Source: Candidatus Heimdallarchaeota archaeon
GTDB taxonomy: Archaea; Asgardarchaeota; Heimdallarchaeia; Heimdallarchaeales; Heimdallarchaeaceae
DNA length: 64,000 bases
NCBI GenBank assembly: GCA_030603365.1
Contig: JAUVXV010000001.1
Coordinates: forward strand, 637,037-701,036
Direction of reading: 5' to 3'
Shown one piece after another: positions 1 through 9,171 of this stretch; positions within the stretch are counted from its first letter, which is position 1, and each line of letters opens with the position of its first letter. Made by a program: the position numbers and the translations under genes. Below the pieces are notes generated by a model, which saw only the letters and a program-made list of their open reading frames with translations, ran no database searches and had not been told where the DNA came from.

Positions 1-15
1 ATTTTCTTTTTATCT

Positions 16-576
16 ATGCCACTTATTGAAGATACAAAGGAACTTATCATTCTAGAAACAGATGAATGGGAAAAATTACCTGAACTTGATCTAGGTAAAC
101 TCAAAGATTTTTCATCAGGAGGAAATTATCAAGAAAGAAAGATTATCATTAAGAGTCTTAGAAGTCTTTTTGATCAGGAAAATGATGTCCTCTATCCGTA
201 TATTACCTATTATGATGAACGTGGAAAAGAAAAGACTGAAAGATTAGTTAAGTGTGATAAGATAATTAGAGCAATTTTTGCAAAGGAGGATGGTTCTGAA
301 GTCAAAGGAAGGTACAACAATTTTCTAGAAGTTGTTACTGCCGCACAAAGCCTTGGAGCTTTGAAACAAATAAGAATGTCCTATACTTCTGGAATATATA
401 ATTGGTATGAGAAAGCAATCAAACAGTATACTAGCTTCCCACAAGGAATTTTTCCAATGCCAGTTCTGATTCGTAAAAATATTGGTGTTACTTATGAACA
501 ACTACCTAATACTATAAGAAATTACCATGAGATATTGTCACTGGACAAAGAACCTGAATACATGGAGAGTAAGTAA
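16..576 (+). CDS. hypothetical protein
   Basis: 186-aa ORF with typical composition; no motif recognised. Confidence 0.6.
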   Translation: MPLIEDTKELIILETDEWEKLPELDLGKLKDFSSGGNYQERKIIIKSLRSLFDQENDVLYPYITYYDERGKEKTERLVKCDKIIRAIFAKEDGSEVKGRYNNFLEVVTAAQSLGALKQIRMSYTSGIYNWYEKAIKQYTSFPQGIFPMPVLIRKNIGVTYEQLPNTIRNYHEILSLDKEPEYMESK

Positions 577-624
577 TTCCCCAAAATAAGAAATCAATGA
601 GTTAACCTCATATAACTGTAAGAT

Positions 625-1401
625 ATGATGATCTGGTATATCTATCATACTATGGGATTGTTATCTATGGAAGAAGCAGTACTTACAAGAACAAAGCGGT
701 TTTTCAGAAAAAATGATATAATCTTCAAAATAGTTCTTCTAATATTTCTAGCCGCGGGTACAGCATATGCATTTATTTTTGGTAATGCTCTACTGAAAAT
801 CATCGCCTCTCTGTCTCTCGGTGTCCTGATAATTTCATTTACCTCAAATTATGTTTTCAATTATCTTTATGGAGAAGCATTCAAGCTTGCGCATGCAATA
901 AATGAGATACTTTACTTGTTCCTAGGGATTCCAATAATGATCATAGCAATAGGTTACTTCCCTCTTAGTGTTTATATTCTCTTTTTTTCAAGTACAGATA
1001 ATGAGTGGATACTTCCAATCTTAATTGGCATAATGATAACGATGCAAATATCCTCTTTCACTTACATAATAACTAGAAAAAGTAAAGAGAAAGGAAAGAA
1101 TATCTTCCAGTTTATCAAACATTTGTTCGACTTTAAAGCAAGAGCAGCAGAACAAAGGAAACTTCAAGAACAAACAGACCAAATAGATAGTTTTTACTCT
1201 GACATGGAGAAGGTAAAGGATAGAGTAGATACCACAATGGAACGCAGTACCATAGGTTTTGATGAGTATGATTGGAAAACAGGTAGGGGGATTAATAAAG
1301 AAGTGCGAACCGAGATTGTTTGTTGGAATTGTAAAACAATTAACGAAACAGGAACTCTTGCATGTACAAAGTGCAGTGCCCCTCTAAAGAAAGAGCAGTA
1401 G
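625..1401 (+). CDS. membrane protein with C-terminal zinc ribbon
   Basis: About four TM segments, then CWNC...CTKC at the C-terminus; real start may be a downstream Met. Confidence 0.65.
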   Translation: MMIWYIYHTMGLLSMEEAVLTRTKRFFRKNDIIFKIVLLIFLAAGTAYAFIFGNALLKIIASLSLGVLIISFTSNYVFNYLYGEAFKLAHAINEILYLFLGIPIMIIAIGYFPLSVYILFFSSTDNEWILPILIGIMITMQISSFTYIITRKSKEKGKNIFQFIKHLFDFKARAAEQRKLQEQTDQIDSFYSDMEKVKDRVDTTMERSTIGFDEYDWKTGRGINKEVRTEIVCWNCKTINETGTLACTKCSAPLKKEQ

Positions 1402-1501
1402 TTGTGTTTTTCTTCCTTTGCACTTTTCACGATATCCAATGGCCCTTTTGTATAAATATTTAAGGAATAAAATGATAGTTTATGATTAAGGAGTTGTTTA
1501 A

Positions 1502-2335
1502 ATGGAAGAAGAATTCAAAGATGAGCTACCTGAAGAAACTGAAGAGGAGATTAATGAAGAAGTAAAAGAAGAACTTGAAGATGAGCTTGAGGAGGAAGTA
1601 GAAGAGTTCATTGATGATGAGAAAAAAGAGCTCGAAGAGGAGCTTGAAGACGAAATAGAGGAAGCTTCAGAAGAAGTGGAAGAAGAACTTGAAGAACAAT
1701 CTGAGGAAGAAATAGATGAGCTTGTAGAGGAACTTGAAGAAATTGCAGAAGATGAAGAAGAAATAGAAGAGATTGAGGAAGAAGCAGTTGAAGAAGTTGT
1801 TGAAGAAGCTGTAGAGGACGTTGTAGAAGAAATTCTTGATGAAATGGATGAAGAAGTTCCTGAAGATGTTGTAGAAGATGTTGTAGAAGATGTTGTAGAC
1901 GAAGTAGAAGACGAAGTAGAAGAAGTGCAAGTAGTTTCTGAACCTATACCAGAACAGATTCCAGAGGATGTTAAGAAAATAGGTGGTAATATCCAGATTA
2001 TCTTGAAAGATGTCGATGGTGATTTCATCCCATTTGGATATGAACTTCAGAAGAATAAACTCATTATTAAATCAGATGAAGCAATGAAGGTTAAAGTGGT
2101 GTTCTCTTGGTTCTATAAATTGAAGAAGAACAAAGAAGAGATTTTTGGAGCTACCAGACTAAATGCAGAAAAGGTTGAGAAAATACTAAGTAATCCTATT
2201 TACTTTGGAAAGGTATACTTCCAAGGAACATTTGTAGAAGGTAATCATGAACCAATATTAACAGAAAGATATTGCAAATTAAATGATATAAATGTTGATG
2301 AGGTAAAGGAAAAATATCTTTCTTCAATGGCATAA
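1502..2335 (+). CDS. acidic low-complexity protein with C-terminal recombinase-domain-like motif
   Basis: ~140-aa E/D/V-rich tract; C-terminal ILSNPIYFGKV...GNHEPIL; AGGAG RBS upstream. Confidence 0.65.
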   Translation: MEEEFKDELPEETEEEINEEVKEELEDELEEEVEEFIDDEKKELEEELEDEIEEASEEVEEELEEQSEEEIDELVEELEEIAEDEEEIEEIEEEAVEEVVEEAVEDVVEEILDEMDEEVPEDVVEDVVEDVVDEVEDEVEEVQVVSEPIPEQIPEDVKKIGGNIQIILKDVDGDFIPFGYELQKNKLIIKSDEAMKVKVVFSWFYKLKKNKEEIFGATRLNAEKVEKILSNPIYFGKVYFQGTFVEGNHEPILTERYCKLNDINVDEVKEKYLSSMA

Positions 2336-2464
2336 GATAACCAATCGAACAAATTTAAGGAAGAAAATACTTCCTTTTTTTCTAATTTTACAAAAGAACT
2401 ACTCTGAACTAGATTATTTTAAGGAAATGTATATATTATGAATTCTCATAACAATTAAATTATA

Positions 2465-2833
2465 ATGTCAACTGATGATTATGGAATTTTTGTTTGTTTT
2501 GATATCTATTCTGGTAAAACTGATCCTTACTGGAAATTAACAGATGAACAAATCGAAGAGCTTAAGGTAAGACTTGAAAATCTGTCTGAAACTAAGATGG
2601 TTATTCCAGAACAGTATGTTCATCACGGATTTATCATATATAATAAAGATAAAATCCAAAAAATGCCACAAAGAATAGAGATATTCAGAAATGTTGTATC
2701 TTATAATAAAGGACACAAAGTACTTTACTTTGAGGATCTTAATAATATAGAAGAATGGTTGTTTAGTTTAGCCGTTGAACAAGGATTTGGGGAAGTCGTA
2801 GATTGGGTTAGGGAACGTGAAGCTGGAAATTGA
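2465..2833 (+). CDS. hypothetical protein
   Basis: 122-aa ORF preceded by a TATA-like sequence. Confidence 0.6.
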   Translation: MSTDDYGIFVCFDIYSGKTDPYWKLTDEQIEELKVRLENLSETKMVIPEQYVHHGFIIYNKDKIQKMPQRIEIFRNVVSYNKGHKVLYFEDLNNIEEWLFSLAVEQGFGEVVDWVREREAGN

Positions 2834-2880
2834 AAAGTAAGATTTTTCTTCTTCTTCATCCATTCTTATCTTGAGGGAAA

Positions 2881-3183
2881 ATGGTAAAATATAACTATTG
2901 TAGTCATTGTAGCGCTAAGAATGATTCTTTTAATGATTTTTGCACAGAATGCGGTCAGAAGATTGACACAGCATCAGCTGCTTCACATACTATTGTTCAA
3001 GATAACTCTTCACGTGTAGTTGTGTCTGGGTCATATGATGCTATGTATGGAACTAAGGAGAAAAAACAAAGTAAGACGAAAACCAGCGTAATCCTTGGAT
3101 TGATTGCCTTTGCAGTATTCTGTGGAGCGGTGTATTTATTTTGGTATCTCTACAATTCAAATGTGGTTGATTCAGTTCCATAG
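2881..3183 (+). CDS. zinc-ribbon protein with C-terminal TM helix
   Basis: CSHC...CTECG followed by a hydrophobic helix. Confidence 0.65.
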   Translation: MVKYNYCSHCSAKNDSFNDFCTECGQKIDTASAASHTIVQDNSSRVVVSGSYDAMYGTKEKKQSKTKTSVILGLIAFAVFCGAVYLFWYLYNSNVVDSVP

Positions 3184-3307
3184 ATCCAAAGAACTCAATC
3201 TGATAATACTTGAAATATTATTCTTCTTACTGTACGAGATAGGCAAATGAAATGTGTACATAGAGAACTACTAAATTAATTGTTGAATCTGTTAAATTTG
3301 AAAAAAT

Positions 3308-3646
3308 CTAGCTTATTCCTTCTGCTAATAATTCACCTATCGCATCTGTTGTCATACTGAAAAAAGATACGAGTTCGTCTTTTGAATGAAGTAAATCATA
3401 TAGATTCTTCATGGGAAGATCCTCTCCCAGCTCATCTACCAGTACAATCTCATATCCCAACCCCTTCCCTAATCTCTTTTCTTCTTTTAGCCATTCTTTT
3501 TGTTCTTCAAAGAACTGCATGAGAAAGGATTTGACATTATTGATGTTCTTAAGTTTGTATCTTGTCAGTTCCAATTTCTTTTCTTTTTCTTCTGCATAGA
3601 TTTTAAAAACCAATTTCCACGTCAAATCATACACCTTTGTTTTCAC
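3308..3646 (-). CDS. hypothetical protein
   Basis: 112-aa ORF, GTG start. Confidence 0.55.
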   Translation of the reverse strand: MKTKVYDLTWKLVFKIYAEEKEKKLELTRYKLKNINNVKSFLMQFFEEQKEWLKEEKRLGKGLGYEIVLVDELGEDLPMKNLYDLLHSKDELVSFFSMTTDAIGELLAEGIS

Positions 3647-3804
3647 CCCACTAATCCTGTAATTGATTTATAAACTAATGAAATACTTTCTTGTGCTTAA
3701 AAATGAATCTGCTTTTTGTAGCATTTTTGAGCTATTCAAGAACCAAAAACTATAAGTTTTTAAAGACAAGATGCTCCTCTAACATATACTAGAAAGGTGA
3801 TTAA

Positions 3805-3987
3805 ATGGGTCACGGATCGCTTCAAAAAGCAGGAAAAGTACGAAAACAAACTCCCCAAGTTGCAGCAAAAGAAAGACACAGTCCTATCCCAAGAAAGGGA
3901 TTGAGAAACAAATATGTTAAGAGAGTAATTCTCGGTAAATTTGCAGGGCAACCGTCAAGTATGGGTTCAAAACGTCGTGGCAGATAA
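3805..3987 (+). CDS. rps30e: 30S ribosomal protein S30e
   Basis: HGSLQKAGKVRKQTP signature; AGGTGA RBS. Confidence 0.95.
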   Translation: MGHGSLQKAGKVRKQTPQVAAKERHSPIPRKGLRNKYVKRVILGKFAGQPSSMGSKRRGR

Positions 3988-4019
3988 TTACTTTTTATCA
4001 TTTTTACCACTGTTTTAAA

Positions 4020-5612
4020 ATGAATGACAGAGATAATGCTTTACTAGAGATTAAGGAAAAATTGCTTGATTTAGAAGAACCTACAAGAAAAATCCTTAAC
4101 CAAACTAAGCGAGATGTTGCCAAGAAGTATTGCTTGAAAAATTTTCCCAAGAACAGCGAAATTTTAGCAATATGTGACTCTGAAGAAAGACAATTACTAT
4201 TACCTATTTTAATAAAAAGAATCGTCCGAACTCTATCAGGAGTAGCTATTGTTGCTGTAATGACCCGACCTTGGGAATGCCCTCATGGTAAATGCATCAT
4301 GTGTCCTGGAGGACCAGATATAGAGAGACCGCAGAGCTATACTGGATTTGAACCAACAACCCTCAGAGGAATTCGAAATGATTATGATCCTTATCTCCAA
4401 GCTGAGGAGAGAGTTAAACAATTAAATGCCATAGGTCATTCAACTGAAAAAATAGACGCTATTGTGATGGGAGGAACTTTCACTAATCAACCTATTGAGT
4501 ATCAGAAGTGGTTTATTCAGAGAATGTTTGATGCGTTCAACGGAGTTGATTCTAAAACCATTGAAGAAGCTCACAAGATAAATGAAACAGCTACTCAAAG
4601 GTGTGTAGGATTAACAGCTGAAACCAGACCAGATCAAATTAGTCATGAGAAAATTGATCATTTGATAGACTATGGGGTTACGCGAATTGAAATAGGTGTT
4701 CAAACCGTTTTTGATGATGTATATGAAAAAATGCAACGAGGACATACTACAGAAGATACAATTAACGCTTTCCAATTTATCAGAGATTCGGGTTTGAAAT
4801 TAACCGTACACATGATGCCAGGTCTTCCAGGTTCTTCTATAGAACGAGATATAGAATCTTTTGATATTCTCTTCAATTCAAGCGATTATCGTCCTGATGA
4901 ACTCAAAATCTATCCCACAATGGTTATACCAGGAACAAAATTACATGAAGATTATTTAGCAGGTAACTATGAAGCTCTGACTAATGAATCGACTGCTAAA
5001 TTGATAGCAAAAATCAAGGAGAATGTTCCTCCTTACGTGAGAATAAAAAGGGTACTAAGAGATATTCCAGCTCATCAAATAGTTGCAGGACCAAATAAAA
5101 GCGATTTACGGTTAGATATTCTTTCTATTTTAGAAAAAGAAGGTAAAAAATGTAGGTGTATAAGATGCAGAGAAGTGGGTCACTTTGTATACAAAAAAGG
5201 ACAAGATATAAGCTTTGAAGATATTGAACTAGTTCATAGGCAGTATGAAGCAAGTAAAGGTAAAGAACACTTCCTTTCTTTTGAAGAAACAAAAAACGAT
5301 GTAATTATCGGTTTTCTAAGATTAAGAGAATTAAGCGATAATCTAATAAGACCAGAATTTAGAGATGTTCCAACAATTGTTGTAAGAGAACTTCATGTTT
5401 ATGGTGAACTTCGTGGTTTAAGATCAACCCATAAGGGTGGCTTACAATGGCAGCACAGAGGCTATGGTAAGGAACTTCTATCAAAGGCAGAAGAGATTGG
5501 AAAAGAAAATGATTATTCAAAAATCTCTGTTATTTCAGGAATAGGTGTTCGTGATTACTATCGAAAACAAGGTTATACTTTAGATGGTCCATACATGTCT
5601 AAAAACTTGTGA
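4020..5612 (+). CDS. elp3: Elp3 tRNA uridine(34) acetyltransferase (radical SAM + GNAT)
   Basis: RTLSGVAIVAVM, CPHGKCIMCPGG, QSYTGFEP, ELKIYPT, VRELHVYG, QHRGYG. Confidence 0.96.
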   Translation: MNDRDNALLEIKEKLLDLEEPTRKILNQTKRDVAKKYCLKNFPKNSEILAICDSEERQLLLPILIKRIVRTLSGVAIVAVMTRPWECPHGKCIMCPGGPDIERPQSYTGFEPTTLRGIRNDYDPYLQAEERVKQLNAIGHSTEKIDAIVMGGTFTNQPIEYQKWFIQRMFDAFNGVDSKTIEEAHKINETATQRCVGLTAETRPDQISHEKIDHLIDYGVTRIEIGVQTVFDDVYEKMQRGHTTEDTINAFQFIRDSGLKLTVHMMPGLPGSSIERDIESFDILFNSSDYRPDELKIYPTMVIPGTKLHEDYLAGNYEALTNESTAKLIAKIKENVPPYVRIKRVLRDIPAHQIVAGPNKSDLRLDILSILEKEGKKCRCIRCREVGHFVYKKGQDISFEDIELVHRQYEASKGKEHFLSFEETKNDVIIGFLRLRELSDNLIRPEFRDVPTIVVRELHVYGELRGLRSTHKGGLQWQHRGYGKELLSKAEEIGKENDYSKISVISGIGVRDYYRKQGYTLDGPYMSKNL

Positions 5613-5685
5613 TGTTTGAGGTAGTGTTTGCGTAAAAAGCTAAACTTATATTGGTTCGTCCTTGCATTAAATAAAACAAGCTAAA

Positions 5686-6687
5686 GTGTTCAAAATGTCT
5701 CAGAAGAACAAAATAACCATTCTGACAGAAGTCGAGAGGATCTTGCATGTTACAGGTTACAGTATAGCTCAACTCTCTTCAGGAAGCAAAGCTTGTTTTG
5801 ATATAATAGCAAGAAAAAGAGAACATCTGATTATTATCAAGGTTGAACCATATATTGACAACTTCAGTAGGGATAATTCGTTTGAACTAAAGAATATAGC
5901 CACTTTTCTGAATGCTTCTCCAATGATAATCGGTGAAAGAGGTAGGCGATTTTCAGAAATAGATGATGGTTTAGTCTTACTAAGATATGGCATTCCAGTT
6001 GTGAGCACTGAAACTTTCACTAAGCTAATCTCTCATGGTATTCCTCCTATTGTTTATTGTAGCAAAGGAGGATATTTTGTACAGATTAATAGGAAAATGC
6101 TAAGACAAGCTCGAATTGAGAAAAATCTGAGTTATGCCGATTTAGCACATCTTATTGGTGTTTCTAGAAGAACAATTTATGAATACGAGCATTCCATCAA
6201 TCCTCCTCCTTTAACAGCTGCTCTACTTGAAGAAGTACTTGATACTCCAATAGCTCAAGGAATAAAAATCTTCAACATTGATATTGAAAAAGAAGAACGA
6301 CCTTCTTACTCTATTGAAAATCTATCAACACTTAAAGAAGAAATCTCTGATATTCTAGAAGAATTAGGATTTATCAGTCAATTTTGGACTCGTCAATCTC
6401 CTTTTGATGCTTTTAGTGAACAGAAGAATCTAGATATACACAGCGGTTTGAATATTCTTGTTTGTGTTGATGAATCTCAACAAAAAAAAGTCATGGAGAG
6501 AGCATCAATTACTCAGAATATAGCCTCTTTAACAAAAAGAAGAGCAATAATGATTGTAGAAGACCTCAATCAAGATATTAGCCAAACTGTCCCAACTTTT
6601 ACAGTTGATGAGCTAAATCAAATGAAAAAAGCATTCGATTTAGTTAAAAATTGGGTTAAGAAATATTCAGATATTAAAGAAAGTTAA
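5686..6687 (+). CDS. archaeal Cro/C1-type HTH transcriptional regulator (COG1395-like)
   Basis: CFDIIARK, RYGIPVV, GGYFVQIN, LAHLIGVSRRTIYEYE. Confidence 0.85.
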   Translation: MFKMSQKNKITILTEVERILHVTGYSIAQLSSGSKACFDIIARKREHLIIIKVEPYIDNFSRDNSFELKNIATFLNASPMIIGERGRRFSEIDDGLVLLRYGIPVVSTETFTKLISHGIPPIVYCSKGGYFVQINRKMLRQARIEKNLSYADLAHLIGVSRRTIYEYEHSINPPPLTAALLEEVLDTPIAQGIKIFNIDIEKEERPSYSIENLSTLKEEISDILEELGFISQFWTRQSPFDAFSEQKNLDIHSGLNILVCVDESQQKKVMERASITQNIASLTKRRAIMIVEDLNQDISQTVPTFTVDELNQMKKAFDLVKNWVKKYSDIKES

Positions 6688-6701
6688 GATGGGAAAAAAA
6701 C

Positions 6702-7385
6702 TTATTTTTTCCCTACTATCATAATATGATCTTTTTCGTGTGATTCAAGATTTACAGTTTCTAATACAGTTAATCCATAAGACTCTATCTTGTCCAATAC
6801 TTCTTTATAGATTATTTGAGGGTCTTTTACACTGTCAATACTTCTTGATTTTACTGCTAAGAAGAAATATCCTCCATCTTTGAGATATGTTTTGACATTA
6901 GTAATTAGAATCTCTGCTTGAGATGGTTGTGCAACATCTTCGTAAACTATGTCTACTTGTGGTACAATCATACTGTACTCTTCTGGAAATCTAGCATCTG
7001 CATGAATAGGAAGTATATTTTTTCTCCTTTCAGCAAGCGTGATTAAATCTCTCAAAGATCTTGCAGAAAATTCAATAGAATAAATGACTCCCTTGTCACC
7101 AACAATGTCTGAAACATGAGAAACTGTTGTTCCTGAAGCTGCACCCAAATACAGAATCTTGGAATTTTCCTTGAAAGGAAAGTTTTGCATTTTATTAAAA
7201 ATAGCAGCACCTAGTTTACTCTTGTAAGGATCAAAGGTTCTATACTCAACTCCTTTTTCTGTAACAAGTCTCTCTGTATAAACCTTCTTACCGGGATCAG
7301 CATTCTTTGTTGCTAACCTAACATTGCCATCCTTTAATGTTACCCAATAAAGATTGTCAAAATCGTGATTTCTTATTTCCGCCAT
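6702..7385 (-). CDS. flpA: fibrillarin 2'-O-methyltransferase
   Basis: SKLGAAI, ILYLGAASGTTVSHVSD, DVAQPSQ, KSRSID. Confidence 0.96.
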   Translation of the reverse strand: MAEIRNHDFDNLYWVTLKDGNVRLATKNADPGKKVYTERLVTEKGVEYRTFDPYKSKLGAAIFNKMQNFPFKENSKILYLGAASGTTVSHVSDIVGDKGVIYSIEFSARSLRDLITLAERRKNILPIHADARFPEEYSMIVPQVDIVYEDVAQPSQAEILITNVKTYLKDGGYFFLAVKSRSIDSVKDPQIIYKEVLDKIESYGLTVLETVNLESHEKDHIMIVGKK

Positions 7386-8698
7386 TAGTATCGCCTCTTC
7401 TTTTGGGAGTAATTGCCTTTTTTCGGTGGATATTTTTTCTGTCCTTGTCTTGGTGGTCTTGATCCTTGCCTTGGAGGTCTTGTCCCATATCTTGGTGGTC
7501 TTGAACCTTGCCTTGGAGGTTGTTGGCTCCTGTCAATAGGTGGTTTCTTTCCTTCTGGAGGTTCTTTGTATTTTTCTCTAATTTCCTCTATTTTATTATC
7601 CACATCTTTTCTAAGTTGATCACCCATAAATTCGCCTTGAAACGCATCTATTCTAGCAGCGATTGTTAATCTCCCGGCAATTGCCCTGGAAATGTTACCT
7701 CGTTGCCACCATGGGGAGCTGTGTAATTCAGGCATTTGATAGATTATGCCGTGTTTGGGTGGTTTTGCACCAGTTTTAAGAGCACGGAAAAGAGCTTTTT
7801 CTGCTCCTAGAAGTTGAACTGTACTAGCAGGTTTCATAGCTATCTCTCTTAATCCTCCTGCTAGAGCAATCAATCGGGCTGCAATAGCTGACCCTACAAT
7901 TGCTTTCATATTAGGAGCAATTCTACCCATCTCTCTTTCAATCCAAGAATCTAGACTTTCTCTTTCATCATATAGGTCAAGTGTTCTTTGTGCCATAGCT
8001 TGAAGGGGACGCAAATCTTTTTCCTCAAATTGAGCACCCATTGAGCTAGCGGCTAGTTCAGCAAATTTCTTGCTTTTCTCGTTAGAAAAACCATAGTTTT
8101 TGATTAGATCTTCAGTGAAGCTGTCTCTCGCTCCAATTTCTGTAATAAGCTTACATAAAGTAACATGGTTTGGAACTTCTTTTATTATCTCTGGAAAATG
8201 AACTCCATACCATTCACGGATTCTTGATGAAAAAAGATTTGTAGTTTTATCAATATCATCCATTGACAAAATTGCGTGAACCACGTTCTTATCAATTCTT
8301 TGCGAGCTATAAGCAACGCTCTTTTTAGATAAAGCAATACTTACTTCTCGGGTGAGTTCGTTTAACTCTACTTCATCTTTCAAGAAGCCTTTCTCTACAA
8401 GAATTTTAGGGAGTTGTGCAACTAATTCATTATAATAATCTGCTTTTGTTAATAATTCAACTTTTTTTCCAAATACTCTGATAAAATTAAGAGCATCAGC
8501 AGAATTTGTTTCGATATTTATATCTTCTATATCTGTCAGAATCTCTTTTAACTCATCTGAAATTGTGTATTTAGATAAATTGTGAATCTTATCAGCTATT
8601 TCTTCTGGGTTTTTGGAATATGCTTTGAATTCTATTAATTTGTTTTCTGAATCAAAAACAAAGAATCCAGATATATTCGCAATAATTTTAGTTGTCAT
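7385..8698 (-). CDS. nop5: Nop5 (Nop56/58) box C/D RNP protein
   Basis: REWYGVHFPE, APNM, PASTVQLLGAEKALF, PKHGIIY; coupled to fibrillarin. Confidence 0.96.
   Translation of the reverse strand: MTTKIIANISGFFVFDSENKLIEFKAYSKNPEEIADKIHNLSKYTISDELKEILTDIEDINIETNSADALNFIRVFGKKVELLTKADYYNELVAQLPKILVEKGFLKDEVELNELTREVSIALSKKSVAYSSQRIDKNVVHAILSMDDIDKTTNLFSSRIREWYGVHFPEIIKEVPNHVTLCKLITEIGARDSFTEDLIKNYGFSNEKSKKFAELAASSMGAQFEEKDLRPLQAMAQRTLDLYDERESLDSWIEREMGRIAPNMKAIVGSAIAARLIALAGGLREIAMKPASTVQLLGAEKALFRALKTGAKPPKHGIIYQMPELHSSPWWQRGNISRAIAGRLTIAARIDAFQGEFMGDQLRKDVDNKIEEIREKYKEPPEGKKPPIDRSQQPPRQGSRPPRYGTRPPRQGSRPPRQGQKKYPPKKGNYSQKKRRY
7440..7519 (-). repeat. 21-bp imperfect tandem repeat (x4) encoding PPR(Q/Y)G(S/T)R in the Nop5 tail
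   Basis: PPRQGSR PPRYGTR PPRQGSR PPRQGQ. Confidence 0.9.
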
Positions 8699-8767
8699 AG
8701 CACTTACAATAAAATTAAGAAAAATTAGAGATAAAAAAGATTTTGATGATTAATCAATAGCATAAAA

Positions 8768-9052
8768 TTATGCTTGAGCAAGTGTAACTTGTCTTTCTTT
8801 TGATTGGTCGATTAAATCTTTAAGCCCTAAGTCCATTTCTGGATTTATTCCTATTAATGATGAACGCATATCTTCGAAATTAGCTCTATTAACTAAAATA
8901 GTTCTATCTAATAATTGTCTAACAGTATATCTTATAGCTCGTGGTTTAGTTTCCATTAAACTATCAATTATCTCTTTTTGAGTTAGTGCTCCCTTCTCCC
9001 CAAGTAAGTCAATTACTTCTATTGATCCTTTTGGTAGTCTTTCCCTTTTCAT
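8768..9052 (-). CDS. small winged-helix DNA-binding protein
   Basis: GALTQKEI...RAIRYTVRQLLDRTIL...NFEDMR. Confidence 0.8.
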   Translation of the reverse strand: MKRERLPKGSIEVIDLLGEKGALTQKEIIDSLMETKPRAIRYTVRQLLDRTILVNRANFEDMRSSLIGINPEMDLGLKDLIDQSKERQVTLAQA

Positions 9053-9089
9053 TTTCAGTCACTTCTGAGGGTGTGCAGTTTTTTTCCTC

Positions 9090-9127
9090 ATATGTGTATT
9101 CTCAATGCACATATATAAACCTTTTGT
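9090..9127 (-). promoter_or_regulatory. BRE/TATA promoter with overlapping palindromic operator
   Basis: Minus strand CAAAAGG-TTTATATA; inverted repeat ATATGTGTATT-ctc-AATGCACATAT at 9090-9114. Confidence 0.6.
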
Positions 9128-9171
9128 AAAAGGGTGTGTAGAACGTCGCACAGGCGGTTCTAGAAAAAAGA

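Noticed and set aside
1498-2028. Ser-rich 176-aa minus-strand ORF and the other short antisense ORFs in the track
   Set aside because: Shadows of real genes on the opposite strand; the Ser run is the reverse complement of GAA codons.
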